A stretch of DNA of 64,000 bases from positions 56,305 to 120,304 of the forward strand of contig JBIKWJ010000001.1 of NCBI GenBank assembly GCA_044356325.1, read 5' to 3'. The notes beneath the pieces were generated by a model. It did not search any database. It saw nothing but the letters and a program-made list of their open reading frames with translations, and had not been told where the DNA came from. Both the position numbers and the translations under genes were made by a program. Of this stretch, positions 29,827-40,922 are shown piece by piece. This stretch comes from Minisyncoccia bacterium. Its GTDB lineage: Bacteria; Patescibacteriota; Minisyncoccia; SW-4-49-11. The first letter of the stretch is position 1; each line of letters starts with the position of its first letter.

Positions 29827-30399
29827 TTATTGTAAAGCTTTGAGAATATCTGCTGAAACCAAGTCCATAGATTGATTTCCATCAACAACAATTAACTTTC
29901 CCTTTTCTTTAAAATATTCAATTGCAGGTACTACTAATTCATTATGAGTATCTAGGCGCTTTTGAATATGTTCTGGCTTATCATCTTCACGATGTAATAA
30001 ATCTAATCTTTCTGATAATCTAGCAATAGCAACATCGTCAGGAACATCAATATATACAACATAATATTCTCTTTCAAACCAAGTTAATACTTTATGTACT
30101 ACGATAGCTTCTTCACGAGAGCGAGCAGCTCCATCCAAAATAATTCCTTGACTGGGATTGGAGTCATTAATCATATAATCCACCAATACATAGCTTGGAA
30201 TCCAATAGGGTAAAAATTCTCCATTATCTATGAGTGAGCCTACTTTTTGAGATAAAAATCCCTCTTGATTTGCTATTCCACGAAAAAATTCTCCATAAGG
30301 AATAGCTTCCATACGAAGTTTTTGCTTCAAAATACCACTTTGAGTACCTTTCCCAGATCCCGGCTTACCGATCAAGATAAGAGCATCTACTTTTTTCAT
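29827..30399 (-). CDS. adk: Adenylate kinase (short form)
   Basis: GKPGSGKGTQ, ILDG and REDD motifs. Confidence 0.88.
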   Translation of the reverse strand: MKKVDALILIGKPGSGKGTQSGILKQKLRMEAIPYGEFFRGIANQEGFLSQKVGSLIDNGEFLPYWIPSYVLVDYMINDSNPSQGIILDGAARSREEAIVVHKVLTWFEREYYVVYIDVPDDVAIARLSERLDLLHREDDKPEHIQKRLDTHNELVVPAIEYFKEKGKLIVVDGNQSMDLVSADILKALQ

Positions 30400-30485
30400 A
30401 AGAGTAATATAAAACTATTTTCTTTCATATTATCATATTATTTCAATAATTTCTACTATTTTTGTCCTTATGCTATACTATCCCT

Positions 30486-30890
30486 ATGAAATATATTCGT
30501 TTTATACCAGCTATTATTATTCTAGGGTTTATTTGGCATTGGTCAAATCAGCCGGGACTTAAATCTGAATATATGCCTATTATTGATTTTTTCTTGCGTA
30601 AAGGAGCTCATACATTAGAATATTTTATTCTATATTTAGCGTTATTTTGGGGATTTTTATCTCAAAAATTTTCTTCTCTCTCATTATCTCGAATACATTT
30701 TATTCATATCAAAGCATTTATCCTAGCATTTCTTGCAACTCTTCTTGATGAATGGCATCAAACCTGGGTTTCAGGAAGAGAAGGTAAACCTCTTGATTTA
30801 CTATTTGATTCCATAGGGTTTTTGATTGCCTATATTCTCATTTGGGTAATATGGGTTTATATTGCAGATAAAAAACATATTCACAAATAA
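30486..30890 (+). CDS. VanZ family membrane protein
   Basis: RKGAHTLEY and DEWHQTWVSGR...D motifs. Confidence 0.85.
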   Translation: MKYIRFIPAIIILGFIWHWSNQPGLKSEYMPIIDFFLRKGAHTLEYFILYLALFWGFLSQKFSSLSLSRIHFIHIKAFILAFLATLLDEWHQTWVSGREGKPLDLLFDSIGFLIAYILIWVIWVYIADKKHIHK

Positions 30891-30918
30891 AAAAGCCCCC
30901 AATATCGGGGGCTTTTTT
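30889..30918. terminator. Bidirectional terminator between vanZ-like gene and dnaK
   Basis: A6-GCCCCC-loop-GGGGGC-T6. Confidence 0.85.
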
Positions 30919-30935
30919 ATTTTGAGAAAAATAAT

Positions 30936-32870
30936 TTATTTCTTCTCTTCGAACTCAGCATCTTTTGGAGCTTCGGCATTAGATCCAGCTTCTTCTTGTT
31001 TTTCATCAGCTTGTCCATGATCATGACCTGAATGAGCATCAGCCTCTCCTTGTGGTTGAGCTGCTTGCTCTGCCTGATATAACTGAGCTCCTACTTTTTG
31101 AGAAATAGTTGATAACTTATCTAAAGCTTTCTGAATATCTTCTTTGGAATCTTTATCTTTGACTTCTTTTAGAGCATTTACTTTTTCAGTTAGAGTTGTG
31201 TCATCTTCTGGCTTAATCTTATCTTTGCTGTCTTTTTGCATTTTTTCAGTAGCATAAATCAAAGTATCGGCTTGATTACGAATTTCTATTAATTCTTTTG
31301 CCTTTTTATCTTCTTCTGCATGAATTTCAGCATCTTTAGTCATTTTCTCAATATCAGCATCAGACAACCCAGATGAGGCTTCAATTCGAATAGACTGTTC
31401 TTTATTGGTTGCTTTATCCTTAGCGGTAACTTTTAAGATTCCATTAGCATCAATATCAAAGGTAACTTCAATTTGAGGAATACCTCTTGGTGCTGGAGGA
31501 ATACCGTCTAGAATAAATCTTCCCAAAGGCTTATTATCTTTTGCAAATTCTCTCTCTCCTTGAACAATATTAATATCTACAGATGGTTGATTGTCGCTCG
31601 CTGTAGAGAATATTTGTGATTTTGAAACAGGTACGGTAGTATTTCGCTCAATAATTTTAGTTGAAACACCTCCCATAGTCTCAATCCCGAGAGAAAGTGG
31701 AGTAACATCTAAAAGAAGCACATCTTTAACATCCCCTTGTAAAATCCCTCCTTGAATACCAGCTCCAATAGCAACCACTTCATCGGGATTAATACTTTGA
31801 TTAGCATCTCTTCCAAAAATTTCTTTTACAAATTCTTGTATTGCAGGCATTCGAGTTTGTCCTCCTACTAGAATAACTTCATCAATATCAGCCTTAGTAA
31901 ATCCAGCATCAGCAAGGGCTTTCTCACAAGGAGCCTTGGTTCTCTCAATTAAATCTCTTACTAATTCTTCTAGTTTGGATCGGGTAAGAGTAATATTGAG
32001 ATGTTTTGGACCATTAACATCATTAGCAATAAATGGAATACTAATTTCAGTTTGTACTGAAGTAGATAATTCAATTTTTGCTTTTTCAGCAGATTCTTTT
32101 AATCTCTGTATAGCAAGACTATCTCCTGACAAATCAATTCCTTGATCTTTTTTGAATTCAGTTAAAAGATAATCCATTATTTGTTGATCCAAATCATCTC
32201 CTCCAAGATGAGTATCTCCATTGGTAGCTCTTACTTCTATGGTATCTTCTGAAACTTCAAGTACAGAAACATCAAATGTTCCTCCTCCAAAGTCATATAC
32301 CACAATTTGCTGATCTTTTTTCTTATCAAATCCATAAGCAAGAGCTGCTGCTGTAGGTTCATTGATAATTCTTTTTACATCAAGCCCTGCAATTTTTCCA
32401 GCATCTTTGGTAGCTTTTCTCTGAGCATCATCAAAATATGCCGGGACTGTGATTACCGCTTCTGTAACAGGAGCTCCTAGTTTTGCTTCAGCATCAGCCT
32501 TTAACTTTTGCAATACAATAGCTGCAATTTCGGCAGGTTGTTTCCAGTCTTCTCCAAGTTTAATTTCAACTCCTCCATTAGAAGCTTCTCTAATTTCATA
32601 AGGTAATAAAGCTTTATCTTTTTGAACTTCTTCATCAGAAAATTTACGTCCAATAAGTCTCTTGGCTGAGAAAATGGTGTTTTTAGGGTTAACAACACCT
32701 TGTCTTTTTGCTACAATTCCCACTAGTCGCTCTCCACTTTTAGAAACAGCAACTATAGAAGGAGTAGTACGACTTCCTTCAGCATTTTCTAAGATTTTAT
32801 GTGATCCTCCCTCAATAACTGCTATTGCAGAATTGGTGGTTCCAAGATCAATACCAATAATTTTACTCAT
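30936..32870 (-). CDS. dnaK: Chaperone DnaK
   Basis: [15 protein letters not shown] and DFGGGTFD motifs. Confidence 0.99.
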   Translation of the reverse strand: MSKIIGIDLGTTNSAIAVIEGGSHKILENAEGSRTTPSIVAVSKSGERLVGIVAKRQGVVNPKNTIFSAKRLIGRKFSDEEVQKDKALLPYEIREASNGGVEIKLGEDWKQPAEIAAIVLQKLKADAEAKLGAPVTEAVITVPAYFDDAQRKATKDAGKIAGLDVKRIINEPTAAALAYGFDKKKDQQIVVYDFGGGTFDVSVLEVSEDTIEVRATNGDTHLGGDDLDQQIMDYLLTEFKKDQGIDLSGDSLAIQRLKESAEKAKIELSTSVQTEISIPFIANDVNGPKHLNITLTRSKLEELVRDLIERTKAPCEKALADAGFTKADIDEVILVGGQTRMPAIQEFVKEIFGRDANQSINPDEVVAIGAGIQGGILQGDVKDVLLLDVTPLSLGIETMGGVSTKIIERNTTVPVSKSQIFSTASDNQPSVDINIVQGEREFAKDNKPLGRFILDGIPPAPRGIPQIEVTFDIDANGILKVTAKDKATNKEQSIRIEASSGLSDADIEKMTKDAEIHAEEDKKAKELIEIRNQADTLIYATEKMQKDSKDKIKPEDDTTLTEKVNALKEVKDKDSKEDIQKALDKLSTISQKVGAQLYQAEQAAQPQGEADAHSGHDHGQADEKQEEAGSNAEAPKDAEFEEKK

Positions 32871-32898
32871 ATATTCATATATTAATTTTTACTTTTTT

Positions 32899-32937
32899 AT
32901 TATACACCTATTAGCAGTCTATTGTCAAGAGTGCTAA
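32899..32937 (-). promoter_or_regulatory. CIRCE (HrcA operator) overlapping the dnaK sigma-70 promoter
   Basis: TTAGCACTC-N9-GACTGCTAA at 32937-32911 (1 mismatch to consensus); TTGACA-18nt-TATAAT. Confidence 0.88.
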
Positions 32938-33707
32938 ATATCTATCGAAAAAGCTTTTTTTGCATTATAATCTAATATTTCTGTTAATTTTTGTATATCA
33001 ATTTGTCTTAGTTCAGCAACTTTATTTATGGTATACAGTACAAATACTGGGGTGTTTTGTATGCCTCTATGAGGAATGGGAGTTAGATAAGGAGCATCTG
33101 TTTCTACTAGCAATTGATTTTCTGGGACTATTTTTACAGCCTCTTGTATAGATACAGCATTATTAAAGGTAATAATACCTGAAAAAGAAAAATATATTCT
33201 ATGAGATAATGCGTTAAACTTATATACCCAATCACTTGTTCCCGTAAAACAATGTAATATAATAGTTAAATCCTTATATTCTGATAATACCTGAAAGGTT
33301 TCTTCAAATGAGTCTCTCGTATGAATAATGAGGGGTTTACTAAATTCCAATGCAAGCTCAATATGTAATCTGAATAATACTTCTTGCTGAACTCTTACTT
33401 CTTCAGATTTATGATAATAAAAGTCAAAGCCAGTCTCTCCTACTGCAATAATAGGATTTGTTTGTAAGAGCATATTCAAATCTTTTCGAATAGCATTAAT
33501 ATCTATTTGGTCATATTCATGCGGATGTACTCCAATTGCAGCATACAAAAAAGAATATTGAGAGGCTAATTGTATCGCTTTTTTACTATCCGCAATACTT
33601 GTACCCACTAATATGGCTTGTATTGAGTTTTTTTGTAATGACTGCAATAATTCCTCTCTATTTGCATCAAATTCTTGCGAATGAATATGACAGTGAGTAT
33701 CAAACAT
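32934..33707 (-). CDS. tatD: TatD family DNase
   Basis: DTHCH, GVHPH, GETG, IHTR, HCF and ETDAP motifs. Confidence 0.95.
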   Translation of the reverse strand: MFDTHCHIHSQEFDANREELLQSLQKNSIQAILVGTSIADSKKAIQLASQYSFLYAAIGVHPHEYDQIDINAIRKDLNMLLQTNPIIAVGETGFDFYYHKSEEVRVQQEVLFRLHIELALEFSKPLIIHTRDSFEETFQVLSEYKDLTIILHCFTGTSDWVYKFNALSHRIYFSFSGIITFNNAVSIQEAVKIVPENQLLVETDAPYLTPIPHRGIQNTPVFVLYTINKVAELRQIDIQKLTEILDYNAKKAFSIDI

Positions 33708-36487
33708 TATTTAGGAATTTTATTTGTAGTGGTAATATTCCCCGAAGTGTCTGTTGTTTTAATCCAAAAGTTAAATGGTCCTGCCCCAAGAGGTGGTTTA
33801 TAGGTGTATGAATAGGTTTTAGGTGCTATAGTTGGTTTTTTAATGAGATTTAGTTGACCAATTGTATCATCCCAAAATTCAACCTGAGCTACTCCCTGTA
33901 TATCAGTAATATTAGCAGATAATACAAATCCTGACACCCTATCTCCTGTAACACTAAAACTTTCAACAACTGGGCTAATAGAGTCTAATTTAATATTAAT
34001 TTTAACACTTGCCTCTGATTTATTGAGGTAAATGTCAAAAGCTCTGACTGTAAGAGTTTTCTCACCCCCAGATGGAGCAATTACAGTTTGATTAACAGTA
34101 CCTGACTGTGATGATAAAACAGCAACATCATCTAGATAAACATCTACTTGTTTTACTCCCTGAACAGCATTTACACGAATATCTAATGGAACACTATTAC
34201 CCGTAATAACAGTACCATTACTTGGACTATTGATAGTAATTTGTGGTTTATTGCTATCAGTATACACACTATCTTTATCATCTGGAATATTAGTAATATA
34301 TCCTTTTGACCTTGCCCAAGCAAGTACTGGCCCCTCCCAATTATTAAATTGAGGATCTTCTTGTGGTTTTTTTGGCCAAGCTCCAAGAATATCATCTAAT
34401 TTTACATAATATAATTCACTGTGTACTGTTTTAACTTCTTGCTCTTGTATAAGTTCTGGTGGGGTACTATCCGTTGCAATTTTTCCTGTTGCAGTATTAA
34501 TTTTAAATTTTTGATTATATTCAAATCCACCTGTATTTACCATAGGTTTATTTCCCTTTTTAATTTCTGGCTTCGTGAATTTACCTGGAGTTCTTCCAGC
34601 TGCAATAGCTTCTCTCATAAATCTATTCCATATTGGAGCTGCCACCACTGAACCATCAGCCCCATTTTTCATTGGCTTATTATCATTGCGACCGACCCAT
34701 ACCCCAGCAACTAAATTTGTTGTATACCCCACTGTCAAAGCATCTCTATATTCTTGACTAGTACCAGTTTTTGCAGCAATATCTATACCTGGAATACTAA
34801 GATTATTGGTAAATCCAAATACAGGAGACCTTGCATTATTATCTGATAAGATATCAGTAACTTGTCTTGCAACATTGGTATCTAATCCTTGCTTTTCTTT
34901 TTTCTCCCATGAATATAATGTATCTCCTTTATTATTAGTTACTTTCATTAATGGATTAATTGCATTAAACTTTCCATCATTAGCAAAGGCAGAATATGAT
35001 CCAAAATGTTCTATTAATTTAAGTTCCGCTCCACCAAGAGCCATCGCAAGTCCAGATTTTCGTGATGCCGAATAATCGGTGATACCAAGCTCCCCACCTA
35101 ATTTAAGAGTATCTTTAATTCCTGCCAAATAAAGGGCTTTTACCGCAGGGACATTCAAGGAAGTTGCTAATGCTCTTCGCATAGTAACTGGCCCATTAAA
35201 TTGTAAATTAAAATTTTTAGGCTCATATGCTGGAATACCTGGATTGGTTTCAAAATTAGTTAATAAATCAAATACATATGAATCTGGATTATATCCCTTT
35301 GTAAAAGCTTCTGAATATACCAAAGGTTTAATTGAGGACCCTGGTGATTGTGGAGTGGTTAATACATTCACATTACCGTCTGCTTTGGTATCAAAATAAT
35401 CTTTTGACCCTACCATTGCCAAAATATCTCCATTAGATGGGTCTATGGCTCCAAGGGCAGCATTTTGAGTATCATATCTACCACGAGTCTTTTCTATTTC
35501 TTCCTTTACTGTCTTCTCGGCAATTTGCTGCAAATTCCAATCAAGAGTAGTTTGAACTTTTAACCCACCCTGATCTAATACCTCTTCTCCAAATTGCTCA
35601 GCTAATTTTTCACGCACATAAAATACAAAATGAGGAGCTTTGATATTTTGTGCAAATGGTTGTATTTCTAATTTTTGATCTTTTTGATTATTATAAGTAT
35701 CTGCAGAAATATAATTCTGCTCTTTCATTTTTAATAATACTAATTGTTGACGAGATTCTAATTTATCAAAATTAGATCCATAAGGAGAATAATAAGTTGG
35801 TCGCTGAATAATAGCTGCGAGCACCGCAGCCTGATAAGCCTCTAATTCACTTGGTTTTTTACCAAAAAAAGTTTGTGAAGCGGCTTCCACCCCATAAATA
35901 TTACCGCCAAAGGGAATTTCATTTAGATAAAATGCAATAATTTCATCCTTTGAATATTTTTGCTCAATTTGAATAGCCAAAATAGCCTCTCGTACTTTTC
36001 GTATAAGAGATCTATCATTTGTTAATAAAGCATTTTTTACAAATTGTTGAGTAATTGTAGATCCTCCACCACCAACACCTTTTCCTGTAATATTCTGAAA
36101 AGCTGCTCGCATAATAGCTGTTGGCCTCACTCCATGATGTTTATAAAATTCTTGATCTTCAATTGATATAAAAGCTTGTTTTAGTATATCTGGAATTTGA
36201 TCAGCTGGAATAATAGTACGATTCTCATTACCTGAAACCTCATATAATAATTGCTCCCCCGTTCTATCATAAATTTGTGTAGATTGAAAAACTTTACGAT
36301 TATCAAGATTAACAACACTTGGTAAATCCTTAGCTACATACGCATAAATAATAATAAAACTGACTATAGCAAAAATCAGTAACCCTAATGAGATTCTATA
36401 TGTTATTTTTACCCATTTTTTACTCCAAAATGAAGGCTTTGTATGAATAGCTTTTTGAAGATGATGAGATTTGTGTTTTTTTTCCAT
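33707..36487 (-). CDS. Class A penicillin-binding protein with C-terminal Ig-like domains
   Basis: EDQEFYKHHG, GSTITQQ, SSIK, SLN and KTG motifs. Confidence 0.93.
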   Translation of the reverse strand: MEKKHKSHHLQKAIHTKPSFWSKKWVKITYRISLGLLIFAIVSFIIIYAYVAKDLPSVVNLDNRKVFQSTQIYDRTGEQLLYEVSGNENRTIIPADQIPDILKQAFISIEDQEFYKHHGVRPTAIMRAAFQNITGKGVGGGGSTITQQFVKNALLTNDRSLIRKVREAILAIQIEQKYSKDEIIAFYLNEIPFGGNIYGVEAASQTFFGKKPSELEAYQAAVLAAIIQRPTYYSPYGSNFDKLESRQQLVLLKMKEQNYISADTYNNQKDQKLEIQPFAQNIKAPHFVFYVREKLAEQFGEEVLDQGGLKVQTTLDWNLQQIAEKTVKEEIEKTRGRYDTQNAALGAIDPSNGDILAMVGSKDYFDTKADGNVNVLTTPQSPGSSIKPLVYSEAFTKGYNPDSYVFDLLTNFETNPGIPAYEPKNFNLQFNGPVTMRRALATSLNVPAVKALYLAGIKDTLKLGGELGITDYSASRKSGLAMALGGAELKLIEHFGSYSAFANDGKFNAINPLMKVTNNKGDTLYSWEKKEKQGLDTNVARQVTDILSDNNARSPVFGFTNNLSIPGIDIAAKTGTSQEYRDALTVGYTTNLVAGVWVGRNDNKPMKNGADGSVVAAPIWNRFMREAIAAGRTPGKFTKPEIKKGNKPMVNTGGFEYNQKFKINTATGKIATDSTPPELIQEQEVKTVHSELYYVKLDDILGAWPKKPQEDPQFNNWEGPVLAWARSKGYITNIPDDKDSVYTDSNKPQITINSPSNGTVITGNSVPLDIRVNAVQGVKQVDVYLDDVAVLSSQSGTVNQTVIAPSGGEKTLTVRAFDIYLNKSEASVKINIKLDSISPVVESFSVTGDRVSGFVLSANITDIQGVAQVEFWDDTIGQLNLIKKPTIAPKTYSYTYKPPLGAGPFNFWIKTTDTSGNITTTNKIPK

Positions 36488-36515
36488 AGCTATATGTTAA
36501 AAATATATAGACTTT

Positions 36516-36857
36516 TTATGATACAGCCTCTTCAGCTTCGGGCAATATATCTAATCTTCGCTCATCTATCTCTTCTCCCGTATGAATATCTCTTCCATAT
36601 GTTCCCGCTTCAATCCGAGCCAAAGCCTTATCAATTTTTACCAAAGTTTCCTCTAAAGTCCCCTCTATGAGAAGATCCCTCTCATAATTCACTTGTTCCT
36701 GGGCATTATCTTCTTCATCTTCACTGATATTATGATATTTAACCTCATAACCACTACCGACACTGTCTTTAACTGCAACAGAATCAAGCTCTGAGGTAAT
36801 TCTTTGTCTTTTTTCAAGAAGTCTATTACGATAGATTTCTAATTTTACTGAATCCAT
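36516..36857 (-). CDS. TraR/DksA family protein lacking zinc-finger cysteines
   Basis: DEEDNA coiled-coil tip; IDKALARIEAGTYG...GEEI..RRL..LPEA. Confidence 0.82.
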   Translation of the reverse strand: MDSVKLEIYRNRLLEKRQRITSELDSVAVKDSVGSGYEVKYHNISEDEEDNAQEQVNYERDLLIEGTLEETLVKIDKALARIEAGTYGRDIHTGEEIDERRLDILPEAEEAVS

Positions 36858-36895
36858 ATTATATATACTAATTTTATACTTACTATTATAGTATA

Positions 36896-37660
36896 TTATA
36901 CCAAAGAAGTAAATACAAGCAATCCCAATAATATACTAATTAATACTATTCTAGCTAATATTTTTTTAGTATTTAATGTTCTTAAATAAATATCTCGAAA
37001 TATGGATAGCGAGAATATCAAAAAAGTAGTTAATATAATTGATTGAGTAAGATGTGTTAATGGTAAAACTCTAAGACCAATAAACAACTCAACAATTATT
37101 ATAGCAAGCATAAGAGACATAATACGATAAAATTGACGATTAATTCCATACATCCATAAAATATATAATGAAATATTTAGTGTAGAAATAAAAGCAATAA
37201 TACTCAATAATATCGGTGATATTGTTCCAATAAATATAGACCCGAATAAAAAGGCATAGGTCGAAAAAGATACAAATATACTTCCAGATATAATAACTTG
37301 ACGCATAAATTCTGAATTTCGATACTCTTTATGAGAAATAATATCTTGTACAAAAAATAATCCTATTCCAAGAGCAATTACAATAACAGTAATAGGTACG
37401 GTGTCCCCTTTTATCACCTGCATAAATAGAATTGATGCAAGAATAAAATGCAAAGGAATTTGATAAGCTCTTATTCTATATCGATATAAAAACACTAAAT
37501 ATGCGACTAAGATACATAATCCTAATATTCCAAATAAACTCAATAGTGGCTGTATCTTTTGAATTGTATAAAGATAAGCGGGAAAAAATCCAATGAGCAA
37601 TATAATATTCCAGAAATTTTTCTGAAATATTATTTGTTGTAACCATTTCACATACTGCAT
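36896..37660 (-). CDS. Hypothetical polytopic membrane protein
   Basis: About 8 transmembrane segments. Confidence 0.7.
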   Translation of the reverse strand: MQYVKWLQQIIFQKNFWNIILLIGFFPAYLYTIQKIQPLLSLFGILGLCILVAYLVFLYRYRIRAYQIPLHFILASILFMQVIKGDTVPITVIVIALGIGLFFVQDIISHKEYRNSEFMRQVIISGSIFVSFSTYAFLFGSIFIGTISPILLSIIAFISTLNISLYILWMYGINRQFYRIMSLMLAIIIVELFIGLRVLPLTHLTQSIILTTFLIFSLSIFRDIYLRTLNTKKILARIVLISILLGLLVFTSLV

Positions 37661-37663
37661 ATA

Positions 37664-39577
37664 TTATCTCCGAAACTTGATTGATCTTCCTTGTGGCATA
37701 TTGTTTTTTGTAGGTTCTTTAGGTACCATGAGATTTGATTTTACTTCAGATAATAATTCATCTAAAAGTCCATTTACACTTAATTTTTCTTCTTGGCTTG
37801 AGACATGTAAATCTTTTAGGAATTTTTCTTTGATTAAATATTCTGATTCTCCATAAGCAGAAGTTGATCTACTAAATACCTCTTTTAATTTTTTTGCCAT
37901 TATGGGATTTACATATTCTACGGGCTCAGTAGTAGGGATATCTTGCTTCACTTCTGGAATAACTTCTTCTTTTTTCTCCTCTACTTGTGTGGCAGTATCA
38001 GCGAGTTGGGTGGATACAGGAGGAACAATCTCCTCCTTAGGTATAGGATGATTTTCTATTTTCTCATCTATTTTGGGAGTAGCATCTATAGACTGTAATG
38101 GTAGTATAGGAGCGCTATTAGTCGTATCTTTAGATATAGGATTTTCTTGCTCTGATTTTGGATAAACTATAGGATTAGGTTTATTTGATGCATTATATGA
38201 CTTTGATTTATCATTATAGGGTTTAGAATAAGCTCTAGATTTGTTATCTCTGTCTGATGAAACTTTTGCTTGGGTCTCTGAAGATTTTTTAGTATCTATA
38301 TTCTCAATATGAGCTCCTCTCAGTGAAGATTTAACATTTCCATATGTTTGACGAGAAAATTCAATGATTTTGTCCCTATTGGATATCAACTCTGGCTCTG
38401 GATCAGGTAATGTATCCGCACTAAAAGGCTGACTTGTAGCTCCATCTATCATAAGTTTCAAATATACTTTCCATTTTGGAAGATTAACCAAATCCTCAAT
38501 AGTAAGAACCGGGCTAAATTCTCTCTCCATAAATTCAGCATCAGCAGCCCCAATCCTAAATACAATAGTAGTTCCCACATTTCCAAATACGGCACCTCTT
38601 ACAATTTCAGATAATTGCTCTACATATTGATGAGCTAATATAAGACTTAATCGATATTTGCGAGCTTCTGATAATATTTCCGCAAAAGAATCCGTAGAGA
38701 AATTTTGAAACTCATCAATATAGGCATAAAAATCTTGTCGCTCTTCTTCTGGTATATCAACACGACTCATAGCTGCAAGTTGCATTTTGGTAATCATCAT
38801 CGCTCCGAGTAATTGAGCTCCCCCCTCACCCACAGCTCCTTTAGAAAGATTCATAATCAAAATTTTCTTTTGATCCATAATTTCACGCAAATTAAAAGAA
38901 GATTTAGCCTGTCCAACAATATTACGTATAAGAGGAGAAGAAGTAAATTGTCCTACTTTATTTTGAATTGGTGAAATAGCCTCAACCAATAATTTATCCG
39001 TATATCCATCAAATTCATTAAGCCAAAATTGCTTTAATACAGGATCATGCATTTTATACACAATATTAGCTCGGAAATTCTTATCTACGAGAATACGCAT
39101 AATATCAAGCAAAGTACTTTCTTCATTTTCAAGCAAAGTCAATATGGTATTACGAAGAATATATTCAAGTCTTGGCCCCCAAGAATCAGCCCAAATTTTC
39201 TTAAATACTCCTACCAAACCATCGGATACAATATGTCTTTGATTTTCTGGCACATCACCAAGCACATTAAAAGCAATAGGAAATTCTAAATCTTGTGGAT
39301 TAAAATACACCACATCTTTTATACGATGTTCTGGAATATAATCAAGCAAGGCATCTGCTATATCTCCATGGGGATCAACAAAAGCAAACCCTGAACCATT
39401 TCTAATATCAGACACCGCCATATTGAGAAGTAATGAGGTTTTACCCATACCTGTTTTTCCAATAATATGCATATGTCGACGCCTATCATCTCGCTTAATA
39501 CCAAAAAGTCTTCCCTGACCATGAAAATTAGTCTTGGCAATAATGGTGATATCTTTATTTGTTTGATTTTCACTCAT
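37664..39577 (-). CDS. VirD4/TraG/HerA-like P-loop ATPase
   Basis: GKTGMGKT, VDPHGD, YIDEFQNF and SEARKYRL motifs; low-complexity C-terminus. Confidence 0.88.
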   Translation of the reverse strand: MSENQTNKDITIIAKTNFHGQGRLFGIKRDDRRRHMHIIGKTGMGKTSLLLNMAVSDIRNGSGFAFVDPHGDIADALLDYIPEHRIKDVVYFNPQDLEFPIAFNVLGDVPENQRHIVSDGLVGVFKKIWADSWGPRLEYILRNTILTLLENEESTLLDIMRILVDKNFRANIVYKMHDPVLKQFWLNEFDGYTDKLLVEAISPIQNKVGQFTSSPLIRNIVGQAKSSFNLREIMDQKKILIMNLSKGAVGEGGAQLLGAMMITKMQLAAMSRVDIPEEERQDFYAYIDEFQNFSTDSFAEILSEARKYRLSLILAHQYVEQLSEIVRGAVFGNVGTTIVFRIGAADAEFMEREFSPVLTIEDLVNLPKWKVYLKLMIDGATSQPFSADTLPDPEPELISNRDKIIEFSRQTYGNVKSSLRGAHIENIDTKKSSETQAKVSSDRDNKSRAYSKPYNDKSKSYNASNKPNPIVYPKSEQENPISKDTTNSAPILPLQSIDATPKIDEKIENHPIPKEEIVPPVSTQLADTATQVEEKKEEVIPEVKQDIPTTEPVEYVNPIMAKKLKEVFSRSTSAYGESEYLIKEKFLKDLHVSSQEEKLSVNGLLDELLSEVKSNLMVPKEPTKNNMPQGRSIKFRR

Positions 39578-39586
39578 AATACTGAA

Positions 39587-40867
39587 TTACTCATTGATAA
39601 TAGGAAGTCCCATAGGGGGATTTGCTTTTTTAGCTTGTACTCTTTTAAGAGTTGATGTAGTAATTGCTCCTCCTGGAAAATGAAAGATAGTTGTTAATTC
39701 CTCCGTATTAAAAATAAATTTTGTACTTGCAATTTTGCGTTTAATATAACTATCTAACATTAATATTTTACGAAGACGTTCTTTGCCACGAATAGGTCTA
39801 TTAAAAAAATTACTTACTATAGTTATACTATCTTCATTAGGTTTAAAAGAATTAAGCGTAGAATCATTAAATTGCTTTAAACTACCAAGTAATGCTTTTG
39901 GTTGATTTGGGTTGAATCGAGCTTTTGGAGCTACATATACAACTCTTAAAGCTGTTTTAAATCCTGATTTTGTCATACTAAGTTCAATAGTTTCTATGAT
40001 TTTTTGTTTACCTGGGGTAAGATTTTGATTTACTCCAAATTTTTGTTCTTTTGGAGTAGGTGCTGATGGGGCTTTAACAATACCAAATGAAATAAATTCA
40101 ATGATAGGAGCTATATAGATATCTAAGAATGTTCTCTTATCTTCAAAATCTCGATCCAGTAGCTTATCTAATTCTTTTTTACTCACCTTATTCCAGGTAT
40201 CCTCAAGAGGCTCAATAGGTAATTGCATCCATAATTGCTCATCTGGCTCTATCCCAGCCATTACTTCTAATACCTGAGACAATGGATCATTGATATTAGC
40301 ATCAATACTCGGGTCAAGGAATTGTTGATAGGTACGAATTGGGTAAGCATCATTTTTTTCCATACCAAGATCTACCCCAAAAAGATCATATTCAACCTCT
40401 AATGTATCATTAGTAAATCCTTGGGTATAATCAGAGACCTCTATTATTTCTACCTCCGGAAAAGCCCCATATATGCTATTTTCTACCATTTTGCGATATT
40501 TGACATGAGTTCTGATGAGAAAGTGAATATCTCCTCCAATTGATACAATTTCAAGAGAAAACATATCTGGAAGAGCTCCTTCTATATTTTTTTCCCACCA
40601 AGAATAAGAAGTTTGCCCCCCATGTAGGGTAGTCAAAAATTGCTCCATTGATTTAGGCGTTTTTTCTTCTCCTTTTTCTAATACAATTTCAAGTAATACA
40701 AATTGCAAATTATTACGAATCCAATTCCCTCGAATAAAATCAAAATAAAATGTTCTCAGTATAGTCCACAATATTATTGGAAGCCAAATCCACCAAAAAG
40801 ATAGAATAAATTCAAAAATAAAAAATGCCTGATTTGTGTTTACATAAGATAAAGTATCACTAGGCAT
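39587..40867 (-). CDS. Membrane-anchored hypothetical protein, likely partner of the ATPase
   Basis: N-terminal transmembrane helix; FSLEI, YPIRTY and EELTTIFHFP motifs; directly upstream of the ATPase. Confidence 0.7.
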   Translation of the reverse strand: MPSDTLSYVNTNQAFFIFEFILSFWWIWLPIILWTILRTFYFDFIRGNWIRNNLQFVLLEIVLEKGEEKTPKSMEQFLTTLHGGQTSYSWWEKNIEGALPDMFSLEIVSIGGDIHFLIRTHVKYRKMVENSIYGAFPEVEIIEVSDYTQGFTNDTLEVEYDLFGVDLGMEKNDAYPIRTYQQFLDPSIDANINDPLSQVLEVMAGIEPDEQLWMQLPIEPLEDTWNKVSKKELDKLLDRDFEDKRTFLDIYIAPIIEFISFGIVKAPSAPTPKEQKFGVNQNLTPGKQKIIETIELSMTKSGFKTALRVVYVAPKARFNPNQPKALLGSLKQFNDSTLNSFKPNEDSITIVSNFFNRPIRGKERLRKILMLDSYIKRKIASTKFIFNTEELTTIFHFPGGAITTSTLKRVQAKKANPPMGLPIINE

Positions 40868-40922
40868 ACATTTGTGTCTATTATATGTATCAAGTATATC
40901 AGGAAATATTTTGTTCGTCTAC

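Noticed and set aside
37664-39577. Conjugative element or prophage
   Set aside because: No relaxase, integrase, mating-pair or phage structural genes in the window.
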